Notes: generated by a model from the sequence alone, not told the origin. Shown: positions 47,201-58,573, counted from the first letter of the stretch. The stretch: DNA of 64,000 bases from Paraspadella gotoi (GCA_051294375.1 CM119263.1:13085923-13149922), one strand, 5' to 3'. Translations and numbers: made by a program.

Positions 47201-50200
47201 CAATAATTAGTTATCGCATCAATCATTCATGGAATTTTTGCCATATAATTGATTGACTGATTGATAAACCAATTGAAACATTTTTGATAGATTTATAAAG
47301 AATTTTTTGATTTATGTTATGATTTGTTTAAAACCTTGGAAGATTACAAATTGAAAGATTCATCATATGGTGGACTAAAATCCACCAACCGTTCATCAGC
47401 GGCCATTGGTGCTGGAGGCAAGTCATTCGCCTCTCAACCCAAAGGTCCGGGGTTCTAGCCTTGTAGTCGTCTGGCAGTTAAGAGGGACGGGGCGCTTAAC
47501 CCGCCTGTAACATGGTGTTACAGCCTGATCCGAAGCTCAGGGACTGCTTATAATGAACGGTTCTGTCACTGACACAACAATAATTACTGTCTCTTCAATC
47601 ATAATATCTTGTCTGATTAGTTGCTTACTGCTAAATTATCGTAGGCAGATCCGACATTGTTTTCATCATGAACTAAAGAAACAATGGATATCATTTTAAA
47701 ATTTTTGATCTGACAATTTTTTTAAGGATTTATTGCTGTACAATGGGCCGTTTCCGCAAGTCTTATGCTTGAATTGAATACTAATTCTAAAATTCCTATG
47801 GTAGCTGTTCAACAGTTACCTTTCCCTGGTTTTGAAACAGTTGCGCCGATTCGTGGATTAGATATGATACTTTTAATTGCTTCATACATTTTTTTGTTTA
47901 TGGGTAAGCTTTAAATATTGACTCTTATTTTCTAAAAGCGCCTCATTTCATATTAAATTCGGAATTATGTTTGTTTTTAGGTTTAAAGGTTAGGGTTAGG
48001 GATTAGGTTATGAATTAGGGTTGGGGATTAGATTAATAATTAAGTATTAGGGTTGAGGATAAGTGTTAGGGGTTAAAGTTTTAGGGTTATGGTTAAAGAT
48101 TAGGCGAGGGATTAGGGTTAGGGATAAGGGTTAAAGATTGTAGTTGAGCATTGCAACAAGTGATTAGATTTTAATTCACATTAAAAGATCAAAGTTTAAA
48201 TTATGTTTGTTGATGAAGGATCAGAGATAAGGCACTTTTGAAAAGAGTGCCAGAAATTGTATTCAAAATGAACCTCATAAAGAGTTTAAAAAAATTTTAA
48301 CATTTTATTTTAGTTTAATGATAGCATAAAAATTATATTTTTAGTTTTATATTGTTTATTATTTGTTAGAATGTAGATATGTATTGAAAGTGATGGATTT
48401 TACTAAATGAGGATAAAAAAAAATAAAAAAACATATTTTTTCACCCATAAAAACATTTACCTCTCAGATTTGATTCGAATAGTTGCTTTGGAAAAACAGT
48501 CCGGCATGAAAGAAATGTTGTGTATCATGGGTGTCAGCAAATATATTCAATATGCTGCTTGGTGGCTTAGGGCTTTGACGTTAATAACTCCAGTCATGAT
48601 TTCGTCTATAGTGGCAGTATATATTATTTTTGGAAAATATGTGGATATATTTGTAATTATCTTGTTTTTTTTCCTATATTTTATTGCTTTCATTGCTTCG
48701 GCGCTTTTTATTATAACTTGGTAATTGTTACTAAATTTTGCTTGTTTGGTTACAACTATTAGTTAAGATTAATATAAGGTGACCCCTAAGGGTTGCATTT
48801 TTTAAAAAAAGTGTTCTGAATAAACCCTATTTAAATGATTTTTAATTTTTTGAGATTTAACTTTTTTAAATTCATTTACAAACAAAATTTATTTTCAATA
48901 TCAAAACTTAGAAAAATTGTATTATCTTTACTAATAAATTCATATCCCCTAAGATATTATATGATACTTAAGTCTATATTAATTAGCTTCAGCACTTGTT
49001 TTATTTACCATATTAGAATTATAATGACCCATCTTTATTGATACTGTTATCAGTCTAAGCTCTGTGATATTATCATGTTTGGTATATTAACATGATGAGT
49101 TGATTTTGCCCTGTCGCAAAAATTTTACAAGTTAACCCCAGCTGTGACAGAAAATATTTCATTATCATATTATTATTTTATTACCTCAAAATGATAATAT
49201 TATTATAAGCTGTTTTTCCTGTAGAGCTAAGCTTTCTATGCATCATAATGCTGCTTGGGGACATGGACATCTTGTCTGATAAGCATATTGCCTAATTTTT
49301 CTATAATATTCTCTTACTTATTTTCATCACTTCTGACTTCTTGTTTTGAAATTTTTAGGTTGTCTAAAAAAATAGCCTTTAAATCCAACATAAGTAAATA
49401 TTATCATTCCTCATTTTGACCACCTATTCTTTTTTTCGTGGTGCATCTTTACAGACACAGAAAACGTTTTGCTCTCATTGGTAACGTTAATGGAGACTCA
49501 AAATCAATGCCAAATCTTTTTTCATTGATTTGGGCGCAAAGAGTACTGAGACCTTATCTCTTCTGGCTCATTGTGAACTTATTTTGTAATATATGTATAT
49601 TTTTTCAAATCTATGAAAAATTATAGGAAATTAACTATTTTTACTCAAAATACAATTATGGAGTGTTTTTTATATTAGTTAAAGATTACACATGGGAGTA
49701 CAGGTACAATATTTTTTATTAATGACCAATATTAAAAATATTATTTATTTTTTTTAATTCTTTTTTTTTTTTCTATGAAGGGATTTCTTTCATCATTTTC
49801 TTTTCTATTGTTTTTTTTTAAATGATATAAAGTACAAACACTGGTTTTACAGAGTTTGGAATCAAAACTTCGAATTTTATTTAAATGGCAAGAGAATTTT
49901 TTGTTATTATAAAAATTATTATAAAAGAGCTCAAATGAAAGTTTAGTATTTTCTTTAACCTTGCCCAAAATATCATGTGATGTCAGAACGAATAAAAATG
50001 GATGAAAGGACAATAAGGAAAAATAAAGACAGTATGCTTATCAATATATCCATGCCCCTAGCAACCTTATGATGTAATTATAATGCAAAAAAAGCTTTGC
50101 TCTTCAGGAAAAACTACCTATACTTATACTACTTTTGAGATAATAAAATATTTTCTGTCAATGCTGCGGTTAACTTGTTAAATTATTGAGACAAGGTAAA

Positions 50201-51707
50201 ATCAGTCAGCTATTACTATACCAAACATTGTTATATCATGACGTTTGGGCTAATGACAAGAGATACTATAAAAATGGGTCATTATAATTTTATTATGGTC
50301 AATAAAACAAGTTGGTCTATATCAGTTCTGTCTTTGTCAGACGGTACAAAGAAAAAAAAAGATCTGTTATGTTTCTCTATCTTTCTCTCAACAATGTTAG
50401 ATTTGCCAAAGATAATTTAATTGTAATAAAATAATTGATTGGCTGAGTGATCAGTTAATTTAATTATTTATTTATTGATACTTTTATTGATTTAATAAAG
50501 AATCTGTTATGAGTAACATTAATATGATGGAAAGTTTTAATTAACCTAAACCAGGATTTTTGTATTGCTGTATTATTGATTGACTTATTGTTCGATTGAG
50601 AAACAAGTTTGAGCAAACAATGCCGGATCTGCCCACGATCATTAGCGGTCAGTTAATTAATTAATTTGATCTGACTTAGTTTGTTTTAGGTCTTTTCGTC
50701 ACTGATCACGGAAAAAGCAACGACGACGATGAGGACGACGACAATAACGCCAATAATGATTTATTGATTGATTGAATCATTAATTTATTGAAAAATAAAT
50801 TGTTTCAATAAATTATTGATTGATTAATTGACTGATTAATTAATTATTGATTAATTAATTGAATAATTGATTTATTAACTGATTAATTATTTGATAAATT
50901 AATACATATTGCATTTACATTTAATATAAAAAGAAAAAGAAGCATTATCAATTAGTGAAACAGGTTTTTCGTTTTTTCTATATAAACTCATTTCCACTCG
51001 GACGATTCCGTTGAAACTTGATTTCCAGCTTAATCACACACTTTCCTACATACAAAATTTCAAGTCAATCTCCCCATACAAACATGACTAATTGGCGTTT
51101 AAAGCTAAGGTGGGACGGACGGACAGCAATTTTTTGGCAGAATTTATAATTTGATGTTCTGACATGACTTATTGTCATGCCTTGAGGGGCGGAGCGACTG
51201 ACGGACAAAGCAAATTATAGAGCCGGTATCTGCTGTTAGCAGATCCGGCTAAAAAATCTGTTATGATTTATGTTCTGATCTGTTGTTATGTTTCTTTCTC
51301 TCTCTCGATCATACATTGCTGCTCAAAATTTTCACATAATTATCTTTAAAATTTCTTAAATAAACATTATTAATTAAATATAAAATATACAAAATATATA
51401 TATTTTTAATTTAAGGGAATTTTTTATAAAAGATGTAAACAAACAATTTAAACAAACTTGAGCCTACTCATTTTTTTGGTTGATTTATAGGGTGAGCAGT
51501 GCATTAGCCGCAACAGTTATCGGAGCTTTTCTTTATGTGGTTTCTGTTGGAATGGCCTGGTTTTTTAAAGAAACTTCCTCGCTTTGGTCAATAATATTGT
51601 CTAGTTTATTTATAAATCTTGCAGCAAATCATGGATTTAATTACTTTTACACTTTTTTTAAAGTAAAGGCAACTCTCACCATTTGTGACATAAATACAAA
51701 AATTGTG
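35726..51707 (+). CDS. ABCA: ABC transporter subfamily A (ABCA3-like), 5' part: N-terminus, extracellular domain 1 and TMD1; NBD not in window
   Basis: Phase-consistent exons 35726-35844, 36840-36956, 38982-39094, 39162-39189, 39261-39345, 45636-45813, 45933-46098, 46174-46240, 46311-46377, 47727-47903, 48468-48720, 51491-51707. ABCA motifs: FWLLYLKNMKVTVRRK...LLMP, VAFAP, YLCGIVFE..IRVKIRFP, PPQYYDKGFIAVQWAV, VQQLPFPGF, IVALEKQSGMKEMLCIMGVS. Confidence 0.85.
35958..36395 (+). mobile_element. 5'-truncated Penelope-like pLTR fragment with hammerhead
   Basis: 11-bp TSD GATAAATTATG (35947-35957, 36396-36406); body homologous to the reverse complement of 62630-63090. A related hammerhead-less fragment lies at 41130-41280. 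Confidence 0.75.
36305..36350 (+). ncRNA. Minimal hammerhead ribozyme, second copy
   Basis: aaag CTGATGA A GACTC gaaccaata GAGTC GAAAC AT GTT cta; same downstream tail (ataataa..aatcgttg) as the 62.6 kb copy; weak stem I. Confidence 0.7.
37358..37612 (+). mobile_element. tRNA-derived SINE-like element
   Basis: A-box-like TGGCTCATTGAG and B-box GGTTCAATCCC; body ccctgcgggaagcgggagga..cctggttccaag..gctgctag homologous to the reverse complement of 51743-51920. Confidence 0.6.
37981..38185 (-). mobile_element. Diverged partial solo LTR of the same TRIM family
   Basis: ctgttggctttgggggcttccgacc...gaatataccgccaca aligns with 52493-52695, with scattered substitutions. Confidence 0.85.
42401..44303 (+). 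mobile_element. Non-autonomous LTR element (~1.9 kb) with TATGG...CCATA termini
   Basis: 5' LTR 42401-42667; 3' LTR 43810-44028 plus 44260-44303; ACTC TSD (42397-42400, 44304-44307). PBS TGGTGATTGCCCGACG resembles the tRNA-Trp PBS; G-run PPT 43800-43807; no RT/IN motifs inside. Confidence 0.88.
44029..44254 (-). mobile_element. 226-bp solo-LTR-like insertion inside the 3' LTR of the 42401 element
   Basis: GTATC TSD (44024-44028, 44255-44259). Minus strand begins TGTGGCAACTGATC and ends GATCGTTGCCTC, with AATAAA near the 3' end. Confidence 0.75.
44567..45487. mobile_element. Possible MITE or other inverted-repeat-bounded element
   Basis: Perfect 16-bp inverted repeat CGTCGCAATCGCTTAA (44567-44582) / TTAAGCGATTGCGACG (45472-45487); internal direct repeats; no TSD identified. 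Confidence 0.45.
46409..47662 (+). mobile_element. DINE-1/HINE-like copy with internal (TTCA)n satellite and SINE
   Basis: ttttagtcggatctgcttatcaccagattccgac start; gtccgtcc tract; gtaggcagatccgacattgttt end. Confidence 0.6.
47400..47585 (+). mobile_element. Possible tRNA-derived SINE
   Basis: GC-rich island with tRNA-like head ggccattggtgctggagg...ggtccggggttctagcc and A-rich tail. Confidence 0.4.
47975..48135 (+). repeat. Degenerate interstitial (TTAGGG)n-like tract; a second one at 18253-18340
   Basis: ggttagggttagggattaggttatg...ttagggttagggataagggtta. Confidence 0.7.
50601..51256 (-). mobile_element. DINE-1/HINE-like non-autonomous Helentron element (best-preserved copy)
   Basis: Minus strand starts TTTTTAGCCGGATCTGC with an adjacent inverted copy (hairpin), has a (GTCC)n tract, a 3' subterminal IR GCAGATCCGGC and ends CTTGTT: the DINE-1 architecture. 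Confidence 0.75.
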
Positions 51708-51742
51708 GTAAGTATGTTATTAAGATTATTCTTCATTTCTTA

Positions 51743-51920
51743 AACCCTGCTAGCTAGCAGAGACTGAACAGGTCTTAGTCTTGGAACCAGGGGTGGCTAC
51801 GCCCTCGAAGAGGTTTATGGCCATCCTCACGCTTCCCGTAGGGCAGGTACCGAGTTGGGATTCAACCCGGTATCTCGTGGTCATGGAATCAATTGATTGA
51901 ACCGAGGCAACGCGCGCGAC
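51743..51920 (-). mobile_element. SINE-like element, same family as 37358-37612
   Basis: Minus strand: ttgcctcggttca...taccgggttgaatcccaac...ccctacgggaagcgtgagga...cctggttccaag. Confidence 0.6.
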
Positions 51921-52442
51921 AAGTATTTTATATTTATTATGGTTAAATTGCTTGCCTTTGTGCGGCAAATAAATTTCTATGAGGTTTCAGTAGTATAAAT
52001 TTTATATACCAATTAGTAGTTATGACCAAATCGGTTCATCCAATGTGTTGCTCCGTAATAACTTTATTTTCACGTGCATTTCCCTTTTATCACATGAAAT
52101 GACGTGACATGACATTATCCCGTTTATTTATGACATGCTCTGATCTGAATCGTAATTCTGTCTTTTATTTCTTATAGTTTTATGATTCCCAAGTAAGTTG
52201 GACTGACCGACGGACAGACATTCTGACAGATCGACCGAAAAGTGACTTATAGAGTTGCCCCGCGAGTACTCACGGCGCAACTAAAAACTATTACGAATTC
52301 GGTTAATTTTGTTAAAAATGTAAAATCAGAGGATCGAACATGGGACAATCCCTTGTAGGTCGCGCAATCACTACAATTAATCAATCAAGAATTAGAAAGA
52401 AAATCATTTTGTTTTAACTTTAATTATAATTAATGTAGATCG

Positions 52443-53182
52443 TATGGCAACAGCCGGGTTGCCTGTGATGCCCATTGGGATGGGGCATCTCACTGTTGGC
52501 TTTGGGGCTTCCGACCCTCAGTGACGCCTCCAGTCACTGGCGCGGTTACCCTAGGACGGTCTCGCTTTGCCAACGCAGAGGGAAGTCGTTAGGACTGTGG
52601 ATGGAACACTACGCCTGGGATGGTGTGTTCCCCCTCTGAGCCAATGGATTTGGCTGACGGATGGTGGATGTGAGGCGGATGAATATACCGCCACAGGATC
52701 CCCGGGCCAAGACATCACTCAGGTTCCTCAAGCCTGAGAGGTGTCTGACAAGACTGTTACCATAGTGGGAGAGAGAGAGAGAGCGCGAGTTGTGGGGGCA
52801 TAGGCGTTTGTCGTAGCGTACCCCAGGGGCATAGGCGTTTGTCGTAGCGTACCCAAAGTCGGCAGGGCATAGGCGTTTGTCATAGCGTACCCTGAGAAGG
52901 TTGCGTGTTCGATAGTAGGGCTCACCACTTATGGCAACAGCCGGGTTGCCTGTGATGCCCATTGGGATGGGGCATCTCACTGTTGGCTTTGGGGGCTTCC
53001 GACCCTCAGTGACGCCTCCAGTCACTGGCGCGGTTACCAGGACGGTCTCGCTTTGCCAACGCAGAGGGAAGTCGTTAGGACTGTGGATGGAACACTACGC
53101 CTGGGATGGTGTGTTCCCCCTCTGAGCCAATGGATTTGGCTGACGGATGGTGGATGTGAGGCGGAGTGAATATACCGCCACA
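52443..53182 (-). mobile_element. TRIM (terminal-repeat retrotransposon in miniature), 740 bp, nested in the Gypsy 5' LTR
   Basis: Two 253-bp direct repeats (52443-52695, 52930-53182) differing only by small indels; ATCG TSD (52439-52442, 53183-53186). On the minus strand TGTGGC...GCCATA ends and TGGTGAGCCC PBS-like motif 2 nt after the LTR; non-coding internal region. Confidence 0.88.
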
Positions 53183-53705
53183 ATCGAATCAAATATTATT
53201 TAAAGCCTTAACAAGAATTCCAAGACTTTTGTTTTCTTCTCCAAAGTAATGATTCACCAAGAGATGTCTCAACGGATTTTACTTTTGTTAATGATTGTTT
53301 TCTTTAACTGATTGTTATCTGAATTACTTCAGACTGGTTTTACCTCTCAAAGAATAAACATGATCAACTTTTATTCTTTCTCTCTTAATGTAAATAAGTA
53401 CATTTGATAGAAGAGAAAACTCAGATCACTTAACTGAAACAATTGGATACAACATTGTGCTTTCCCTGCGATATACCATACTCAGTGGAGGACTTCGATA
53501 CTGTGCAATCTTAGCCACACTTGGTAAGCACGACGCAAACCAAAGCCAACCTTCAACCAAGAACTGGAGCAACCAAATCTTTTCCGAGGTAAGATTGGAT
53601 GTGAGAATTGGGATTAAGCGAATCCATCCAATCCGCTGACACCCTTTTCCCCTTTCTCCACTTACCCCATCCTTCAATCAAAACGACGACGCCGTCGACG
53701 AGCCG

Positions 53706-54768
53706 ATGAGCGACGCCGACCACCGCTACGCCCTCCGCTCCACTCAGCGCGACACGGAGAGCCAGCGAGAGGGTACGACGTTACAGCTACCTTTCGGTTT
53801 CGGGCGAGGACGACGATCAGCTTCGACGTCGCCAAACTTCGCCGACGCGGCGCCAACATTCAACTATCAGGCCAACGACGCCGTCATGGCAACTGGTGGC
53901 GCCACAGACAGGGAGTTACGCGGCGAGAACGAGGAACTACGCGCGGCGCTGGCCGCGGCAACTCGGGCCCTGGAGCGGGCATCAAATCGGAAGCCCGATC
54001 TCCCCGAGTTCGACACAGAGAACATCGAGATCTGGATACGCAGAGTAGAGGCCGCCTACACTCGAGCGGGGATTTCGGCGCCGAAAAGTAAATTGCCCAC
54101 TTAGAATCTAAGATCGCGGTTAAGGTTGATCCGAAGATCAATCAATTCCTTTTCGGCGAGGCGACAGAGGCGGCTTGGAACAGTTCCTCCTCTACTTACG
54201 AACGGAATACGGCATTACCCGGCGCCAGCAGGCTGCAACCCTACTCGACGCCCTGGACGCCGACGGTCTCAAACCTTCCAAGCTTCTTGCCCAACTCGAG
54301 GAAAAAACTAGGTCACTCACTATCGACGACGTCCGAAAAGAGAAAATTTTAAGAGAACTCCCAACTGAAATACGCCGTCAGCTGGAGGAAAAGGCCGAGG
54401 ATCTCTCGGCGAGCGAATTATGCCGACTGGCCGACCACCATTACGACAACGAGGGCAACCTCAAGTTGCGTCAGACACCGTCCCTCGTCAGCAACGTCGA
54501 TCAAAATCTCCGCGAGCGAGAGCGCCAGCCCTCAACATCCGATGATGACGACGCGATCAACGCGCTCGGAAAATTTCAAAGGAAAAGCGCCAACGGCAAG
54601 AAACGCCAAAGCCAGCCAAAGGGGAAGCCAAAAGGCAAGCTCCTCACCATCTGCAGTAAGCATGCACGCTTTGGAGATGAAGCCTGGTCGTGCGAGCCGG
54701 GCTGCGCTAAATTTGATGAGACGCAAAAGCGCCGTGAGGGAAACGGCAAAGGGGGACGCCGGCGGTGA
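53706..54768 (+). CDS. gag: Gypsy gag, with two apparent frameshifts near 54088 and 54175 (possibly sequencing indels)
   Basis: KPDLPEFDTENIEIWIRRVEA..AGI; LKPSKLLAQL; zinc-knuckle-like ICSKHARFGDEAWSCEPGC; stop at 54766-54768. Confidence 0.85.
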
Positions 54769-54799
54769 GCGCCGTTCCCCAATTTCAATCTCGTTCACC
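54738..54799 (+). promoter_or_regulatory. Programmed -1 ribosomal frameshift signal (slippery heptamer plus H-type pseudoknot)
   Basis: In-frame G_GGA_AAC at 54738-54744; the -1 frame opens immediately after TGA 54735-54737. 6-nt spacer; stem1 GGGGGACG(54751-58)/CGTTCCCC(54773-80); stem2 GGTGAGCG(54764-71)/CGTTCACC(54792-99). Confidence 0.85.
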
Positions 54800-57700
54800 A
54801 GCATCAAGTGATTTATTGTACATACGCGACTCAGAGACTCGAATGAAGTGGCTGGTGGACGGTGGAGCGCTATTGTCTATTACTCCTCCGACAAAAGAAC
54901 AACGAGAACGGGGAGCCGATCCTGAGATGAAGTTACAAGCTGCCAACGGATCACCTATCAATTGCTATGGCACAGAAAAGAAGACCGTCACTTTAGGCAA
55001 ACGTCGATTCGACTATGAGTTCGTCATAGCCGACGTGACTCAAAACATACTCGGTGCGGATTTTCTGGCGGAAAATTTTCTCGCCCCAAATCACCGAGAT
55101 GGTTTGCTGATGGATCTTCAGGATTATTCGACCATTGCAGCTTCAACATCCTCAGAAACCTCGACTCATGTAAGCTTCGTGGACAGGAAGGGCGAAAAGT
55201 TCTATAAACTATTAGAATCATTTCCTTCTCTCTCGACGCCAACTTTCGAGCTTAAGGAGCCTCGACATGGCGTCACGCATTCAATTCCAACCGAAGGCCG
55301 GCCTTGCCAATCACGAGCGAGGCGCCTGGACCCTGAAAAATTGGCGGTGGCGAAACGAGAGCTCGAGAAGATGGTTTCGCTCGGAATCGCCAAGCGCGGG
55401 AAGTCAGAATGGTCTTCTCCTCTCCACGTCGTGGCGAAACCGGATGGAGGATGGCGCTGTTGTGGCGATTATAGGCGCCTCAACGCCCAAACAATAGACG
55501 ATTGCTACCCCGTCAAGCTGCTAACTGACTTCAACGCGCAGTTGGAGGGTAAGACGATCTTTTCAAAGATCGACTTAAAGGCTACCACCAGATACCAGTC
55601 AACCCTGACGACGTCAAAAAGACTGCTGTAATTACCCCCTTTGGGCTATACGTCTTTCCCTGCTGCCCATTTGGGTTAAAAAATGCGGGGCAAGATTTTC
55701 AGCGTCTTATGGACGAGATTCTGGGAGACGTGCCTCACACCTTTGTTTACTTAGACGACATCTTGGTCGCCTCGTCGTCCCCAGAGGAGCACCTTCAAGA
55801 CCTTGAACGGGTGTTCAAGACCCTCGACGCAAGCGGATTGGTAGTAAATACCAAGAAGTGCCTCTTGGGACAAGAGTCGCTGGAATTTCTCGGTTTCTTG
55901 GTCGACAAAAACGGAGTACGACCCCTTCCAGAACGAGTTCAGACGCTGAGAGAGACAACAAAGCCAACAACGATCAAAGAGCTGCAAAGGTTTCTCGGGA
56001 TGATTAACTATTATCGCCGATTCGTCCCGAAGGTTGCTCATCGTTGCGCGGCACTCTACGAGGCCCTCAGCGGGAAGCCAAAGACGCTCAACTGGACAGA
56101 AGAATGTGAAACAGCTTTCGAATCCATCAAAGAAGGCCTTATCCAAGCAGCCCTGCTTCACCATCCCAGAACCGGTGCGCAGCTGTGTGTGACGACGGAT
56201 GCATATGACCATGCAGTGGGGGCCGTACTCGAGCAGCGGGGCCCAAAGGGTTGGGAACCGCTGGCCTTTTTCTCGGCCAAGCTGGCAAAAAACCAGAAAT
56301 TATGGCCACCGTTCGATCGCGAACTTTACGGCGTTTTCCGCGCCGTCCGCCACTTCCGCCACTGGATTGAGGGAAGAAACTTTACTATCTATACCGATCA
56401 TCAAAGTCTTGTGCCCGCACTCAAAAAGAAAAGCGAACCACAAACGGCGCGACAAGCATATCAGTTGTCCGTGATCGCTGAATACACCACGGACATACGA
56501 TATCTGAAAGGTAAAGCTAACGTCGTCGCGGACGCGCTCTCTCGACCGAACAACCAGCCAGCGACAACCCCGCCGCATCAGGAATCAGTTCAAAGCGAGA
56601 AAACAGCGAAAAAACCAGTCTCAGCTATCTCGACAAGCCAAACGACGACCACCGCTGACTTTGCGCCGAAAATTCGTTCGGAAATGGCGAAGCCAGCCAC
56701 GTCGACTTGTCAAACAACAGCTACCGACAACTTTGCGCCGCAAAATCGTTCAAAAACGACGAATCCAGCTACCTCGATGCGCCAAACGACACCCACCGCT
56801 GCCTTCGCGCCGAAAATTCATTCGGAAATGGCGAATCCAGCTCAGCCGCCTGGCCAAACAACAGCTACCGAAAAAGCGATCAAACCTAACCGACTCGAGG
56901 ATGCCGAGGCGGTGATAGCTTCACTCACGACGTTCGAGATTGATTTTGAACAGATGGCCAGAGAACAGAGCCTCGACTCCGACTTCCAAAGAATTGCTGA
57001 AGACTCGAGATCCGGCTTGACCTTTAGAAAAATACAAGTCGGCGATCAACAATTACTGGCAGACATCTCGAACGGCCCGGCCAGACCATTTGTTCCTGCA
57101 GCATGGCGTCGGAAGATTTTTGATGTCATACACGGCCTCGGCCACCCGGGCGTTGAGGCAACTCGAAAAGCTGTAGCATCAAAATTTGTATGGACAAACA
57201 TGAAGCAGGATGTAAGTAAATGGGCGAGAGAATGCATCGACTGTCAAAGAGCAAAAGTGACAAGACATATAGTACCAGAAATTGGCGAGTTCAAGATCCC
57301 TCCTCGCAGATTCCAACATCTAAACTTAGACTTAGTCAAGATGCCCACCTCAAACGGCTTCAAACACCTTCTCACAATCGTCGATCGATTTTCGAGGTGG
57401 CCAGCGGCGATTCCAGTGAAGGATACGCTAACGTCAACGATTCTCGACGCCCTCAGCCATGACTGGATTAGTATCTTCGGAACGCCGGCAATCATCACGA
57501 CTGACAGGGGAACTCAGTTCAACTCAACACTCTGGAGACAGCTCATGCAACAGTGGGGCATAAAACATCAAATGACCACGTCTTATCACCCCCAGGCAAA
57601 TGGCCTGGTAGAAAGATTCCACCGAAGATTAAAGGAATCTCTTATTGCCTTAGCGAGATACGACAAGGAGAGTTGGTATTGGAAGTTGCCTCTAACTCTC

Positions 57701-58573
57701 CTCGCAATACGGACAACAGTGAAGGAGGACATCGGCGCATCGGCCGCCAACATGGTTTTCGGCGAAGGTATAAGCATACCTGGCAACATGCTGGGCAACT
57801 CTCAAATCGACAATGCGGAGCTTCACCGCCAACGGCAAAACCGTTTATCCAATCTCCGCGTCAAAGTAGCCCGTCTCCAACCGACACCGACCTCAGCGCA
57901 TCGACAGCCGACAACGCACCTCCCGGCCAGTCTGGAGTCCGCGCAGTACGTCTTCGTAAGACGAGCAGGCATCCACCCATCTCTAGTGCCTCCTTACGAA
58001 GGCCCATATCGCGTGGTTAGCAGAAACGGCTTAAACATGACAATAGAAATTCCAAGCACTGGCAGAGAGGTCGTCAATATCGCTCGAGTGAAGCCAGCGT
58101 GGATCAGCGACGAAGCCCTGGAGGCCGATGAGGTGGAGACACGCCCACGTCGCCGCCCAGGCCGCCCGCCGGGCCCCAGAACTCGAACGCCCGCGCCAAC
58201 AACGAGGGAGACGAGATCGATGACTCGACGCGCCACCACTCTTCCTCCTCCTCCTCTTCCTCCTCCTCCTCCCCCTCCTCTCTCCCCTTCCCTTCCCCAA
58301 CACCCCCCACCTTCCTCCGACCCACCCCCATCACCTTTGTGTTGTTTTCTCCCAACTTCCTCTTCTCCGCGCCTTCCCCGCTCGTCTTCTCAAACCTCAA
58401 AAAGAAATAACAACAACAACAAGGAAAAGGAATTCGAGCCAACGTGGAGGATTTCAAAGCCAACACCGGAAAACTTTTCAAGCGAGAACAACAACAACAA
58501 CAACCGTCCTACATATGCAGTAGTTCTAAGAGAAATGCTCCGCCGACAAAAAGACGAAAACTCCGATTGTTAA
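54738..58573 (+). CDS. pol: Gypsy pol (protease, RT, RNase H, integrase); one apparent indel near 55580
   Basis: Protease LVDGGA; RT WSSPLHVV..K.DGGWR.CGDYRRLN, YLDDILV; RNase H TTDA...DREL...IYTDH...NVVADALSR; integrase HHCC (H...HPG...CIDC) and DDE core (TIVDRFSRW, TTDRGTQF, NGLVERFHR), GPY motif. Confidence 0.93.

Noticed and set aside
47975-48135. TTAGGG-like tract as a telomere or fusion relic
   Set aside because: Short, degenerate and intronic; no head-to-head arrangement.
52796-52892. 28-bp repeats with spacers resembling a CRISPR array
   Set aside because: Only three units, spacers of 3-10 nt, eukaryotic context, no cas genes; internal to a TRIM.
54088-55590. Extra frame breaks in gag (~54088, ~54175) and RT (~55580) as programmed recoding
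   Set aside because: They fall inside conserved motifs without slippery or stimulatory signals; better explained by indel error or decay.
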